A DNA stretch of 60,169 bases from Spirochaetales bacterium (GTDB taxonomy: Bacteria > Spirochaetota > Spirochaetia > JAFGXN01). The stretch is from the NCBI GenBank assembly GCA_016936615.1, contig JAFGXN010000131.1, forward strand, positions 1 to 60,169. Direction: 5' to 3'. This document shows, one piece after another, positions 1-10,046 of this stretch. The notes beneath the pieces were generated by a model. The model saw nothing but the letters and a program-made list of their open reading frames with translations. It did not search any database and was not told the origin of the DNA. Position numbers and translations under genes: made by a program. Numbering within the stretch: position 1 is the first letter of the stretch; each line of letters starts with the position of its first letter.

Positions 1-184
1 AATACTTTGAGCTTGAAGACTCATCTTGCATAACCTTAACCGCAGAATCGTAAGGAATCATAGTGGCATAACCATCTTCCTTGTTTATCTGAGTAATCTT
101 CTGATTCTCCCAATAAGGTAGAGATGCACATGAAAAAGTAAAAAACAAAATAAATAATCCAAAGATATTTAGATTTTTTCTCAT
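1..184 (-). CDS. GH2 beta-galactosidase-like lipoprotein, N-terminal part (runs off the window edge; absent from ORF track)
   Basis: Manual translation from ATG at 184 (AGGAG 6 nt upstream): MRKNLNIFGLFILFFTFSC-ASLPYWENQKITQINKEDGYATMIPYDSAVKVMQDESSSSKY, open to the edge. Lipobox FSC; WEN..I..INKE...AT..PY is the typical LacZ/GH2 N-terminus. Confidence 0.75.
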   Translation of the reverse strand, partial: MRKNLNIFGLFILFFTFSCASLPYWENQKITQINKEDGYATMIPYDSAVKVMQDESSSSKY

Positions 185-334
185 CAAATTCTCCTAATAT
201 AATTGATAGTATGTATATCAATTATATTAAAAGCAAATCTCTCATTTGGCAATTTAAATTTAATCGAATTTTCGACTTTTTTTAATTTTTACCAAATTTT
301 AATCTTCTATAAAAAGAGAAAAACAGCTAACTGT

Positions 335-363
335 TAGACAAAAAACTTTTTAACCTCTATAAT
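335..363 (+). promoter_or_regulatory. sigma70-type promoter of the aldo/keto reductase, positioned for a leaderless mRNA
   Basis: TAGACA(335-340)-N17-TATAAT(358-363)-N6-ATG(370); no Shine-Dalgarno. Confidence 0.7.
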
Positions 364-369
364 TACAAA

Positions 370-1317
370 ATGAAGCGAATACCATTGGCAAACATAGATC
401 AAGAATCAAGTTGCTATATCCTCGGAACCTGGGCATTTGGCGATAAGTTTTGGGGAGATCACTCACACAAGGACACAATAAAGACAATACACGCAGCTCT
501 CAGACTTGGGATTAACCATTTTGATACTGCCCAATCATATGGGAATGGAATTGCAGAACAGATAATTGGGCAGCAACTCAGAAAAGAGAGGGAAAAGTAC
601 ATTATATCGACAAAACAGATAGCAACAACTCCTGAAAAGCTGGAAAAAGAGTTGCAAGCCAGCATGAAACGACTTTTCTCCGAGTATATCGATATTTTTT
701 ACATACACTGGCCAAGCAGTCAGATAGAAGCAAGACCCATGTTCGAGAAACTACTTGAACTAAAAGAGAAAAAGATAATCAAAGCAATCGGTCTCAGTAA
801 TTTTTCACTCCAACAGATCAGCAAACTCCAAGAGATAGGAAAGATTGACATTGTACAAGAATGCTATAACCTAATTTGGAGACGCCCTGAAGATGGGATA
901 ATCCCATACTGTCTCGACTACGGGATTAACTTTGCAGCATATAGCCCTCTCGCCCATGGAATACTCTCTGGAGAATACCCGTCACTTACGAAAAAGATAA
1001 ATAAATACAGACAGAAAACTGTATTCTTCGAGGAAAAGCCTCAATTTTACATAAATATAGCCTTAGAAAAATTCAGAAACCTTGCAAAAGAGGCAAACTT
1101 ACCACCAGCAGCACTTGCTCTAAAATGGATAGAGACTCGCCCATCCATGCCTCTAACAATCTTCGGAGCCAAGACCCGAGCCCAACTCGAAGCCAACCTC
1201 TCCCTTGCAGAAAAGGTTGTCGAAACAGAAATTTTAGCTAAAGTAGATGAGATTTTCATTACTGCTGCAAAAAAAATGCCCAAAGATGCAAAAAACATCT
1301 TCAGGCACAACCCTTAA
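370..1317 (+). CDS. aldo/keto reductase
   Basis: LGTWAFG, FDTAQSYG (catalytic Asp/Tyr), STK, YIHWP, IGLSN, YSPLAHGIL motifs. Confidence 0.92.
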   Translation: MKRIPLANIDQESSCYILGTWAFGDKFWGDHSHKDTIKTIHAALRLGINHFDTAQSYGNGIAEQIIGQQLRKEREKYIISTKQIATTPEKLEKELQASMKRLFSEYIDIFYIHWPSSQIEARPMFEKLLELKEKKIIKAIGLSNFSLQQISKLQEIGKIDIVQECYNLIWRRPEDGIIPYCLDYGINFAAYSPLAHGILSGEYPSLTKKINKYRQKTVFFEEKPQFYINIALEKFRNLAKEANLPPAALALKWIETRPSMPLTIFGAKTRAQLEANLSLAEKVVETEILAKVDEIFITAAKKMPKDAKNIFRHNP

Positions 1318-2876
1318 TCACTCTCTATCAGAGTCGAATTAAAGCGATTATACAACCAGGTCATCTCAGACAACCGGCTCAACCGATAATCATTTAAATC
1401 ATTTTGCTTATATCTCCAGCCCCAATTTTTGCCAACTGTAGAAGGAGTATTCATCCTGCTCTCACTTCCATGCTCTAAAATATCCTGAAATGGTAGGATA
1501 CAGTATCTAGCCGAAGAAGAAATTGCAAGTCGAATAAAATCCCAGACAATATCGTGATCATTTCTTGCCATATAGGTTCGGACAAGATCCTTATAATTGT
1601 CTGGCAACTTATGATACCAACCGAACGTAGTATCATTGTCGTGAGTTCCAGTATAGACAACAGAATTCTCTTCATAGTTATGTGGTAAGAATGCATTATC
1701 TGGATTCAACATTCCATTCTCTTTAAAATCAAATGCAAAGTGAAGAACCTTCATTCCAGGAAAATTAAATTTATCCCGAAGCGCATATACAGACTCTGTA
1801 ATATGACCTAAATCCTCAGCAATAACAGGAAGCTCGCCAAACTCCTTCTTTAAGGATGTAAAAAGTTTCTTTCCAGGCGCCTTAACCCACTTGCCCTTAA
1901 CAGCAGTCTTCTCTTTTGCAGGAATAGACCAGAATGCATCAAATCCACGAAAATGATCAATCCTAACAATATCATAAAGCTTCATATTTAGACGGAACCT
2001 ATCCTTCCACCACGCAAAGTCATCTTTTTCCATTGCAGCCCAATCATAGATAGGATTGCCCCATCTCTGACCAGTTGGACTAAAATAATCTGGAGGAACT
2101 CCTGCAACAGAGATTAGGCTCGCATCAGACTTAAGCTTGAACAACTCCTGATTCGCCCATACATCTGAACTATCATGAGAGACAAAGATTGGGATATCCC
2201 CAACAATCTTTATTCCTCGCTGGTTTGCATACTCTTTAACCTTCGACCACTGCTCAAAGAAAAAATACTGCAAAACCTTTGCGATTTTGATCTTTTCCTC
2301 AAGCTTTTTTTTCCATTTAGACAATTCTGACTTCTCTTTGCGCTTTAATCCTTCCGGCCAATAGGCATACCATGCGGAATCGCCATCAATCCCCTCTTCT
2401 TTAGCCTCTTTATTAAAATGATCACGAAACACTGTGAAACAAGAGAAATCCTCTAGCCACCAAGAGTTCTCAGCTTCGAAGATATCGAATTTTTTCATAT
2501 CCTCTTTGCTAGCTTTCTCGAGGAAGGTTGCTGCGCATTTCTTCAGCAGAGGAAACTTCCACTCATTCACAAGTTCATAGTCTACGAAACAATCATCAAA
2601 ATAAGGATGCAATTCTAGATCTCTCTTTGATAAAATCCCATGTTCTTGCAAAGAGTCTAAATCTATTAACAACTCATTACCAGCAAACGAAGAATATGGA
2701 GAATAAGGCGAATTTCCATATCCACATGGGTTCAAAGGAAGAACCTGCCACAGACTTTGACCAGATCTAAACAAGAAATCAATAAACTCGTAGCAATGTC
2801 TTCCAAAATCACCTATTCCATACTTTGAAGGAAAACTGACTGGATGCAACAAAATCCCAGAATAACGTTTTTCCAT
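1314..2876 (-). CDS. malQ: 4-alpha-glucanotransferase (amylomaltase, GH77)
   Basis: SGILLHP, WQVLPL, GVPPDYFSPTGQRWGNP, RIDHFRG, AEDLG, YTGTHDNDT motifs. Confidence 0.97.
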   Translation of the reverse strand: MEKRYSGILLHPVSFPSKYGIGDFGRHCYEFIDFLFRSGQSLWQVLPLNPCGYGNSPYSPYSSFAGNELLIDLDSLQEHGILSKRDLELHPYFDDCFVDYELVNEWKFPLLKKCAATFLEKASKEDMKKFDIFEAENSWWLEDFSCFTVFRDHFNKEAKEEGIDGDSAWYAYWPEGLKRKEKSELSKWKKKLEEKIKIAKVLQYFFFEQWSKVKEYANQRGIKIVGDIPIFVSHDSSDVWANQELFKLKSDASLISVAGVPPDYFSPTGQRWGNPIYDWAAMEKDDFAWWKDRFRLNMKLYDIVRIDHFRGFDAFWSIPAKEKTAVKGKWVKAPGKKLFTSLKKEFGELPVIAEDLGHITESVYALRDKFNFPGMKVLHFAFDFKENGMLNPDNAFLPHNYEENSVVYTGTHDNDTTFGWYHKLPDNYKDLVRTYMARNDHDIVWDFIRLAISSSARYCILPFQDILEHGSESRMNTPSTVGKNWGWRYKQNDLNDYRLSRLSEMTWLYNRFNSTLIESD

Positions 2877-2916
2877 AACAACCTCTCACTATTATTATCT
2901 TTTTACAATCAAGCCT

Positions 2917-2945
2917 TTGACTGTATTTTTTATTTATAGTATACT
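2917..2945 (+). promoter_or_regulatory. sigma70-type promoter of carD-ispF, positioned for a leaderless mRNA
   Basis: TTGACT(2917-2922)-N17-TATACT(2940-2945)-N6-ATG(2952); no SD. Confidence 0.72.
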
Positions 2946-2951
2946 ACACTT

Positions 2952-3461
2952 ATGAGTAATTTGAATAGTACAAAACAAAAATATCAGGAAGGTGACTTAA
3001 TAGTCTACCCAGTGCAAGGCGTTGGGAAGATTACAGAGGTGAAGAATCGAGAGTTCAAGGGCAATCAAACATTATACTATGTTGCTTATTTCTCTGACTC
3101 TGACATGACTGTAATGATTCCTGTTGAGAAGACAGAAGAATTAGGCGTGAGACCAATTATTTCACGAGAGCAAGCCCTAAAGGCGTTCGAGACACTTAAG
3201 AACCCAGATGCAAGCTCAACTTCTGACTGGAAGATTAGATACCAGACAAATACAGATCTGGTAAAGACTGGAGATATAAACGACATCGCAAGTGTTGTGA
3301 GTACCCTTTACACACGAAGCAAACAAAAAGATCTTCCAATACTTGAACGCAAACAGTATGACAATGCATTGAAGCTTTTGGTTCACGAAATTTCTCTCTC
3401 TCTGGGACAATCTCGTGAAGAAACAGAAAATTCAATTTTTTCAATACTAGAAGAACAATAA
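2952..3461 (+). CDS. carD: CarD family transcription factor
   Basis: GDLIVYPVQGVG, MIPV, LGVRP, DWKIRY (wedge Trp). Confidence 0.92.
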   Translation: MSNLNSTKQKYQEGDLIVYPVQGVGKITEVKNREFKGNQTLYYVAYFSDSDMTVMIPVEKTEELGVRPIISREQALKAFETLKNPDASSTSDWKIRYQTNTDLVKTGDINDIASVVSTLYTRSKQKDLPILERKQYDNALKLLVHEISLSLGQSREETENSIFSILEEQ

Positions 3462-3464
3462 ATC

Positions 3465-3941
3465 ATGATTAGAATAGGTCAAGGCTGGGATATTCACAGA
3501 CTTACAGCAGGAGAATTCCTCACCATTGGTGGAGTAAAGATTCCTTTTGAAAAAAAATTTGTGGCACATTCAGATGGAGATGTTCTGATTCACGCGATAA
3601 TCGACGCACTGCTTGGTGCTGCAAATCTCGGCGACATTGGAACACATTTCCCTCCGTCAGAGATGGAATTCAAAGATATCAACAGCCTTGAACTTCTAGA
3701 AAGATCTAAGAGACTTATCGAGGATAAGAATTTTGAGATAATCAATATAGATTCTACAATTATCATAGAGAAGCCAAAAATGGCTAAACACCTTCCACAG
3801 ATGAAGACCAAACTTGCTGCAGCACTCTCCATCACTGTCGAGCAGATCTCAATAAAGGCAAAGACCCACGAGCAATCTGACTCCACTGGCAACAGCGAGA
3901 CTGCACAAGCTCAAGCAATCTGTCTTCTTCAATCAAAATAA
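3465..3941 (+). CDS. ispF: 2-C-methyl-D-erythritol 2,4-cyclodiphosphate synthase
   Basis: RIGQGWDIHRL, HSDGDVLIHAIIDALLGAA.LGDIG.HFP, SIKAKT. Confidence 0.96.
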   Translation: MIRIGQGWDIHRLTAGEFLTIGGVKIPFEKKFVAHSDGDVLIHAIIDALLGAANLGDIGTHFPPSEMEFKDINSLELLERSKRLIEDKNFEIINIDSTIIIEKPKMAKHLPQMKTKLAAALSITVEQISIKAKTHEQSDSTGNSETAQAQAICLLQSK

Positions 3942-3942
3942 A

Positions 3943-3972
3943 AAAACAGATCCAGCTCTCTGAATCTGTTTT
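3943..3972. terminator. bidirectional intrinsic terminator
   Basis: AAAACAGAT...ATCTGTTTT hairpin between convergent ispF and ATPase genes. Confidence 0.65.
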
Positions 3973-3992
3973 CAAAAGATCAAATACAAAAA

Positions 3993-4697
3993 CTATAATT
4001 CTGCAATCAACAATGTAGCAGGATCTAATTTTAAATTCATATCAAGAGCCTTAATGTCTTCTCTATCTTTCAAGACCTCAAAATGAATGTGATCTGGCTT
4101 AGTCTCTAATTTTATCAAGACAGAGATCTCATTCAAGATTGAAGAGAAAATCTTCGGAACAGATCCATCAAGATCAGCAATCTGTGACGGCTCCAAACTA
4201 ACACTTACCCAAACTTCGCAATTTGATTCTTTAGAAAACTCCTTTATAGCGGAAAGATCAGAGGAATTCACACCTTTTAAATCTAACCCATCAATTATGA
4301 CTGCATCAGCAGCAAAATGACCTTGCTCAATCATCAGCTTCAAGCTCTTGAGAACCTTAGCAACTCCAGCAGCCTCTTGTGAAAAGTTCATAACAACACG
4401 ATTTTTTAAAATTTGATCATGAACAACTCTAGCTGATTCTAAGTCTCTCTTCTTCGCAATTTCATTAAAAATATCATCATACCAATTCATGACATGATTA
4501 ACCCTCTGTGAAAAAGAAACATGAATGACATGCTTCCCTTGTAACAATTTATCTGTAGCAATGTGCACTAAACAAGCAGTCTTGCCAACCCCTTCTTTTG
4601 AAAAAATAACACCAATGTTGCCTTCGCCTAACCCCCCGTGAATTGACTTCTCGAAAATTCTTAGGGGGCTTCTCTTAATTAACTCTTCTTTAACCAT
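3993..4697 (-). CDS. single-domain RecA/KaiC-like P-loop ATPase
   Basis: IHGGLGEG, Walker A variant SKEGVGKT, HVSF, Walker B VIIDG. Confidence 0.75.
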   Translation of the reverse strand: MVKEELIKRSPLRIFEKSIHGGLGEGNIGVIFSKEGVGKTACLVHIATDKLLQGKHVIHVSFSQRVNHVMNWYDDIFNEIAKKRDLESARVVHDQILKNRVVMNFSQEAAGVAKVLKSLKLMIEQGHFAADAVIIDGLDLKGVNSSDLSAIKEFSKESNCEVWVSVSLEPSQIADLDGSVPKIFSSILNEISVLIKLETKPDHIHFEVLKDREDIKALDMNLKLDPATLLIAEL

Positions 4698-4826
4698 GGC
4701 ACGCTCCTTTAAATAGTTAAGGGTTATCCCTTTATTTAATTCTAAACCCGCAAATCTTAGTAGTCAATCAAGTTTTTTATAAAAAGATAAAAGCCCAAGC
4801 TTCTTGCAAGGGCTAGAATAAAAAAA

Positions 4827-6272
4827 CTATTTGACAAATTCCCACTTCTGAGGATACCGACCATCTGGGCCAGATAAGAGCTCGTGATTAGGATAGTGGA
4901 CAGATATCTGACAGCGACCCTCTTTCTTCACCTCTATTTTAACATAGTGATCTGCCTGCTCTCCGTAAACATAGCCGTAGATATTATTATCATCAGCATA
5001 ACTCTCAATATCAGGCGCATGATAGTAATTTTTTCCAGAATATTTTGCTTGTCCATATCCATTCTTGTCCGATGTATGGTCAATATACCTTTCGGGATTC
5101 CAAGGTCTTCGATAAGATTGAATTTTTTCCATCTTACCAGTCTTAATATTAAACCACTCAATAGAATCATCGCCAATACCCCTCTCTAACAAGTTAAAAG
5201 AGATCTCTAATTTAGCGCCACCACCACCGATGCACCAGAGATAAAGAGGATCTTCAGCAGGAAGGTCTCCCTCCTCATAGAGATACCCACTCTTGCCATA
5301 CTGATATTCCCAATGTTCATAGTGATGATCATGCCCAAAAAAGATTCCATCAACCTTATACTTAGAAGCTAGCGGAACAATCCATTTCTGCAAATCAACA
5401 TTCCTACCTGAAGTACCAGTTGTCAACATTGTATGATGCATAAAGACAAAGGTCCATTTAATTTTTTCATCATTATAAGCCTCTCTCAACAGAGACTCAG
5501 CCCAATCCTTCTGAAAATCACTCATCTGACCTGAAAGCTCTTTATCAAAGTTGTCCAAAAAGATCATCCTAACATCAGCATAATCGACATGATAGAATTT
5601 CCCTCTCTCCTCAGTCTTTGTCTGGTAAGGATAAGAAAAAAACCTAGCAAAATGCGCATGGCCATCATCCCAATAGTCATGATTTCCAATCGCGGAGAGA
5701 AAAGGGCGATTTGCGACCATCTTTGGCAATATCCTCAGCGCAGGCCCCCACGTTAGCGAGAGTCCACCATGCCCAGTAACATCACCTATCTGACAAACAA
5801 AATCTGGATTAATCTCCTCCACGGCATCAGCAACCAAACGATTCGACCTATTTCGAATAATCGGCATTGGTTGCCAATCTCCTACAACTGCAAAAGTAAA
5901 ATCTGCCGGCTCCCCCGCCACTGGAGCTGTCTTAAACCGATGCACACCTCCATCGACACCAGCACCAGATCTAACAATCTTGTAAAAATACTCAGTTCCA
6001 GGCTCAAGCCCGCTTAGAACAATATTCTGCGTTGTGGTGGAAGTCTCACCCCTTGCAGAAAACTCCAAATTGTCGCTGGATTTGCCGTAGATTACTTCGC
6101 CGTGTCTCTTGACCGCTGAGACCCAGTTCACGGTAACGCTGATTGTTGGGTCTTCGCTCCAGGTCAACCAAGGACCAGCAGCAAATCCATATACCGGCTT
6201 TGTCGAACTCAAACATGATTGCAACACTAAAGCAAAAACAAATAAAATTATTGAACAGTAACCTTTTTTCAT
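4827..6272 (-). CDS. metallophosphoesterase lipoprotein with N-terminal FN3-like (purple acid phosphatase-type) domain
   Basis: Start moved to ATG 6272 (GGAGG upstream); lipobox LQSC; LSGLEPGTEYFY; VGDWQ, GDV, GNHD, MHH, GHDH motifs. Confidence 0.85.
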   Translation of the reverse strand: MKKGYCSIILFVFALVLQSCLSSTKPVYGFAAGPWLTWSEDPTISVTVNWVSAVKRHGEVIYGKSSDNLEFSARGETSTTTQNIVLSGLEPGTEYFYKIVRSGAGVDGGVHRFKTAPVAGEPADFTFAVVGDWQPMPIIRNRSNRLVADAVEEINPDFVCQIGDVTGHGGLSLTWGPALRILPKMVANRPFLSAIGNHDYWDDGHAHFARFFSYPYQTKTEERGKFYHVDYADVRMIFLDNFDKELSGQMSDFQKDWAESLLREAYNDEKIKWTFVFMHHTMLTTGTSGRNVDLQKWIVPLASKYKVDGIFFGHDHHYEHWEYQYGKSGYLYEEGDLPAEDPLYLWCIGGGGAKLEISFNLLERGIGDDSIEWFNIKTGKMEKIQSYRRPWNPERYIDHTSDKNGYGQAKYSGKNYYHAPDIESYADDNNIYGYVYGEQADHYVKIEVKKEGRCQISVHYPNHELLSGPDGRYPQKWEFVK

Positions 6273-6363
6273 AAAACCTCCAAAATTCAATCGTACCACC
6301 CGAGCAAAATTAGAGGTTTAATTTTTTATTAATTTAAGATTAAAAAGGGCAGCCACTAAACAC

Positions 6364-6397
6364 AAAAAAAGGCCTCCCAAGTAAATGGAAGACCTTC
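6364..6397 (-). terminator. intrinsic terminator after fusA
   Basis: Imperfect hairpin followed by a T7 run on the minus strand. Confidence 0.55.
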
Positions 6398-6416
6398 TAT
6401 TTAAAATTGATACTAA

Positions 6417-8507
6417 TTAAGCATCTTTCTTAGCATATTTTTTCTTTAACTCTTCAGCAACACTCTGTGGAACTCTACCGTATTTCAAGAATTCCATTGT
6501 GAACTCAGCTTTTCCTTGAGTCAAAGATCTCAAGTCTGTAGAGTAACCGAACATCTCTGAAAGAGGAACTTCAGCTTCTACTATACAGAAAGCACCCTCT
6601 TCCTGCGAAGAAGTAATCATACCACGTCTCTGGTTCAATGAACCGAAGATGTTACCTTGGAACTCAGAAGGACCTTCAACAGAAACCTTCATAACTGGCT
6701 CAAGGATAACTGGCTTAGCTTTCTCATAGTATTCTCTGAAAGCTCCAATTGCTGCTAACTGGAACGCCATATCAGAAGAGTCAACCGCATGGTACTGACC
6801 ATCGTTCAAACCAAATCTTACATTTACAACAGGGAATCCAATCAAAGCTCCCTTTTCCATTGCAGACTTAAAACCTTTCTCAACAGAAGGGATATATTCA
6901 GTAGGAATAACTCCTCCCTTAATGTTATTTACAAACTCAAAGTTCTTGTCACCATCTTCAATTGGTTCGAAAAATCCAGCAACACGTCCGTATTGTCCAG
7001 ATCCACCAGACTGCTTCTTATGAGTATAGTTATAATCAATCTTCTGAGAAATAGTCTCTCTATAAGCTACCTGTGGTTGTCCAACAATAACCTCAGCCTT
7101 ATACTCTCTCTTCATTCTCTCAACATATACCTCAAGGTGAAGCTCTCCCATTCCCTGAATAATTGTCTCATTTGATTCTGGATCTACATAAGCTCTGAAA
7201 GTTGGGTCTTCTTTTGTAAATCTGTTAAGAGCCTTACCCATATTATCTTCAGCCTTCTTATCAACAGCTTTGATAGAAAGATCGATTACAGGGTTAGGTA
7301 CATACATTGAAGTCAAAGAATACTTGAATCCAGCATCAGCCTTAATAAAAGTATCACCAGAAGCACAATCAATACCAAAAAGACCAGCAATATCACCAGC
7401 AGGTGCTTCAGAAATCTGCTCCATATCAGCTGCATGCATCTTAACTAGACGACCAACCTTGATCTTCTTACCAGATCTAACATTAATAAGCTCTTCACCC
7501 TTTCTCAACATACCTTGATAAACTCTAATGTATGTTAACTGACCATACTGACCATCCTCAAGCTTGAACGCAAGAGCTACAGTTGGCTTATTTACATCTG
7601 GAGAAAGAACAACCTCAGCCTCATTATTATTTAAATCAAGTGCAATATTCTGAACTTCTGTAGGATTTGGAAGAAAATCTCTTACCGCGTCAAGAAGGGC
7701 CTGAACTCCAACATTCTTATACGCAGAACCCATATAAACAGGAGTTAAATCTAGACTCAAAGTACCTTTCTTTACTGCTGCCTTAATCATTTCGATAGAA
7801 GGCTCTTCTTCCATCATCAATGTTTCCATCAATTCGTCACTGAACATAGAAACAGCGTCAAGCATCTCAGATCTCTTCTCTTCAGCTTCATCTCTTAATT
7901 CAGCAGGAATTTCAACAACATCTAGTTGCTCACCATTCTCGCCTCTAAAGTAGATAGCCTTCATCTCGATCAAATCAACAACACCTTCCATCTTATCTTC
8001 AAGACCGATAGGAATTTGCATAAGAACAGCATTGTGACCAAGCTTATTACACAACTGGTCTTTTACTTTATATGGATTAGCTCCAGATCTATCACATTTA
8101 TTAACAAATGCAACTCGTGGAACCTTATATCTCTTCATCTGTCTATCTACAGTAATAGACTGAGACTGAACACCACCAACAGAACAAAGAACAAGAACAG
8201 CTCCGTCAAGAACACTCAAAGCTCTCTCTACCTCAACAGTAAAGTCAACGTGTCCCGGAGTGTCAATTACATTTATATCAATATCCTTCCAAGTTACACT
8301 AGTTGCAGCTGAAGCGATAGTAATTCCTCGCTCTCTCTCAAGCTCCATAGAGTCCATTGTAGCTCCAACACCATCTTTTCCCCTAACTTCATGGATAGCA
8401 TGAATTCTGTTACAGTAAAAAAGAATTCGCTCAGATAAAGTTGTCTTTCCAGAGTCAATATGCGCACTGATTCCAATGTTTCGCATCTTTAAAATATCTT
8501 TGGCCAT
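6417..8507 (-). CDS. fusA: elongation factor G (stand-alone, spirochaete/mtEFG1-like)
   Basis: [55 protein letters not shown]. Confidence 0.97.
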   Translation of the reverse strand: MAKDILKMRNIGISAHIDSGKTTLSERILFYCNRIHAIHEVRGKDGVGATMDSMELERERGITIASAATSVTWKDIDINVIDTPGHVDFTVEVERALSVLDGAVLVLCSVGGVQSQSITVDRQMKRYKVPRVAFVNKCDRSGANPYKVKDQLCNKLGHNAVLMQIPIGLEDKMEGVVDLIEMKAIYFRGENGEQLDVVEIPAELRDEAEEKRSEMLDAVSMFSDELMETLMMEEEPSIEMIKAAVKKGTLSLDLTPVYMGSAYKNVGVQALLDAVRDFLPNPTEVQNIALDLNNNEAEVVLSPDVNKPTVALAFKLEDGQYGQLTYIRVYQGMLRKGEELINVRSGKKIKVGRLVKMHAADMEQISEAPAGDIAGLFGIDCASGDTFIKADAGFKYSLTSMYVPNPVIDLSIKAVDKKAEDNMGKALNRFTKEDPTFRAYVDPESNETIIQGMGELHLEVYVERMKREYKAEVIVGQPQVAYRETISQKIDYNYTHKKQSGGSGQYGRVAGFFEPIEDGDKNFEFVNNIKGGVIPTEYIPSVEKGFKSAMEKGALIGFPVVNVRFGLNDGQYHAVDSSDMAFQLAAIGAFREYYEKAKPVILEPVMKVSVEGPSEFQGNIFGSLNQRRGMITSSQEEGAFCIVEAEVPLSEMFGYSTDLRSLTQGKAEFTMEFLKYGRVPQSVAEELKKKYAKKDA

Positions 8508-8733
8508 TTATATCACCCTCTTCTATTAAAATTGCAGATTTATTTGTTTGTATTTATATTAAAAGATATAATTCATAGTTAATTTAAAGGAATTAGAGTA
8601 AAATTGCAATACCCAGAGCCTTTATGAGAAGAATTTTAAATAAAAAAATGAAAATTCTTTAGAAAAAGAAGGCAACAAAAGAGCAAAAAAATTGTTTTAA
8701 GGTATAATCAAAAATTACAAGAGGCAAATATAA

Positions 8734-9429
8734 ATGAAACAAATAAAATTCAAAATAGACAATATTCCATCTACTCTATATGGTTCAGAATCTAATAAAC
8801 TATATCTATATGTCCACGGAAAACATGGAAACAAAGAAGAGGCAAAGAACTTTGCTGTCCTTGCTGAAAAAAAAGGAATGCAAGTTCTAAGCTTCGACCT
8901 GCCAGAACATGGCGAAAGGAAAGACGAAAGATACGAATGTACAGCAGAAAATGGAGCAAAAGACTTAATAAAAATACACCACTACATTACTAGAAATTAT
9001 TCAGAAATCTCTCTTTTTGCATCCAGCCTTGGAGCCTTTTTCAGCCTTATGGCCTTCCAGAACAATACCTTCCACAACTGCCTTTTCCTTTCTCCAATCC
9101 TCGACATGAAAAAATTAATTGAAAACATGATGACTTGGACGAATACCACAGTAGAAGATCTTGAAACAAAAAAGAAAATATTAACACCCTTCGGAGAGAC
9201 CTTATCATGGGATTACTATCAATATACGATGAGAAATCCAATCCTAAAATGGGATAGCCCAACATCTATTTTATATGGAGAAAAAGATAACCTTACCGAA
9301 CGCAAAATCCTCGATTCCTTCGCCAATAACTTCAACTGCGATATAACAATTATGACAAATGGAGAACACTTTTTCCATACCCAAGAACAACTTAAATTCC
9401 TAACACACTGGCTTAAAGAAAAAATATAG
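8734..9429 (+). CDS. alpha/beta hydrolase
   Basis: YVHG, FDLPEHG, nucleophile elbow ASSLG, YGEKD, GEHFFH. Confidence 0.85.
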   Translation: MKQIKFKIDNIPSTLYGSESNKLYLYVHGKHGNKEEAKNFAVLAEKKGMQVLSFDLPEHGERKDERYECTAENGAKDLIKIHHYITRNYSEISLFASSLGAFFSLMAFQNNTFHNCLFLSPILDMKKLIENMMTWTNTTVEDLETKKKILTPFGETLSWDYYQYTMRNPILKWDSPTSILYGEKDNLTERKILDSFANNFNCDITIMTNGEHFFHTQEQLKFLTHWLKEKI

Positions 9430-9449
9430 AACTTCATTTTTTTTAAACC

Positions 9450-9472
9450 AAAAAAGCCCCCTTGCGGGAGCT
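9450..9472 (-). terminator. intrinsic terminator ending the ald operon / VOC gene
   Basis: Minus strand AGCTCCC-GCAA-GGGGGCT-TTTTT. Confidence 0.7.
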
Positions 9473-9511
9473 AATCAAAATTGACATGGCAGATTCGTCC
9501 TGCGACAAATC

Positions 9512-10027
9512 TTATTTATAATAAGCCTTGAAAGGCCCTTTTCTCATAATAAAACCAACCAACTTTCCAAGGACTCTAATCGCAAAGTAGTTGAATCGCA
9601 AATCAATAATCTCAATCAAATTACCATCTGGATCTCTGAAGAAGAACCATGCAGCACCGTCAGTCTCCTGAGGCTCGCACAACAGTTCAACATCACCTCT
9701 TGCTTTCAACTTATCATACCATTTGTAGGCATTGTGAGCATCGAAAGTAAAGTGAGTAGTTCCTGGTCTATTCCATGCATGGTCAAATGGTGCTGTCTCA
9801 GAGAACTCAAAAATCTCCACGACTCCGCCCTTTGGCGCTCGAAGAAAGCCTAGCTTCACGCTAATCCCTTCTTTCAGATTATATAATTTTTTCTTACCTG
9901 CAAGTGTTGCAGCATCTAACTCAGACACAGAAAGTAGTGGCATCTTAAACACATCCCAATACCATTTAACCGCCTTGTCAAAATCCTTAACAGTAATTCC
10001 AACATGACTAAGTGACTTTATCCTCAT
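9512..10027 (-). CDS. VOC (glyoxalase / methylmalonyl-CoA epimerase-like) metalloprotein
   Basis: SHVGITV, VEIFEF, THFTF, FFRDPDGNLIEI give the His/Glu/His/Glu ligand set; second ATG (10027) has the better RBS spacing. Confidence 0.88.
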   Translation of the reverse strand: MRIKSLSHVGITVKDFDKAVKWYWDVFKMPLLSVSELDAATLAGKKKLYNLKEGISVKLGFLRAPKGGVVEIFEFSETAPFDHAWNRPGTTHFTFDAHNAYKWYDKLKARGDVELLCEPQETDGAAWFFFRDPDGNLIEIIDLRFNYFAIRVLGKLVGFIMRKGPFKAYYK

Positions 10028-10046
10028 ATTCATCTCCTTTTTTTAT

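Noticed and set aside
36-221. 61-aa ORF in the supplied track
   Set aside because: Shadow frame of the GH2-like lipoprotein gene starting at 184, which has the RBS and recognisable motifs
1314-1317. Convergent AKR and malQ genes sharing TTAA stop codons
   Set aside because: A common compact arrangement; no evidence of functional antisense regulation
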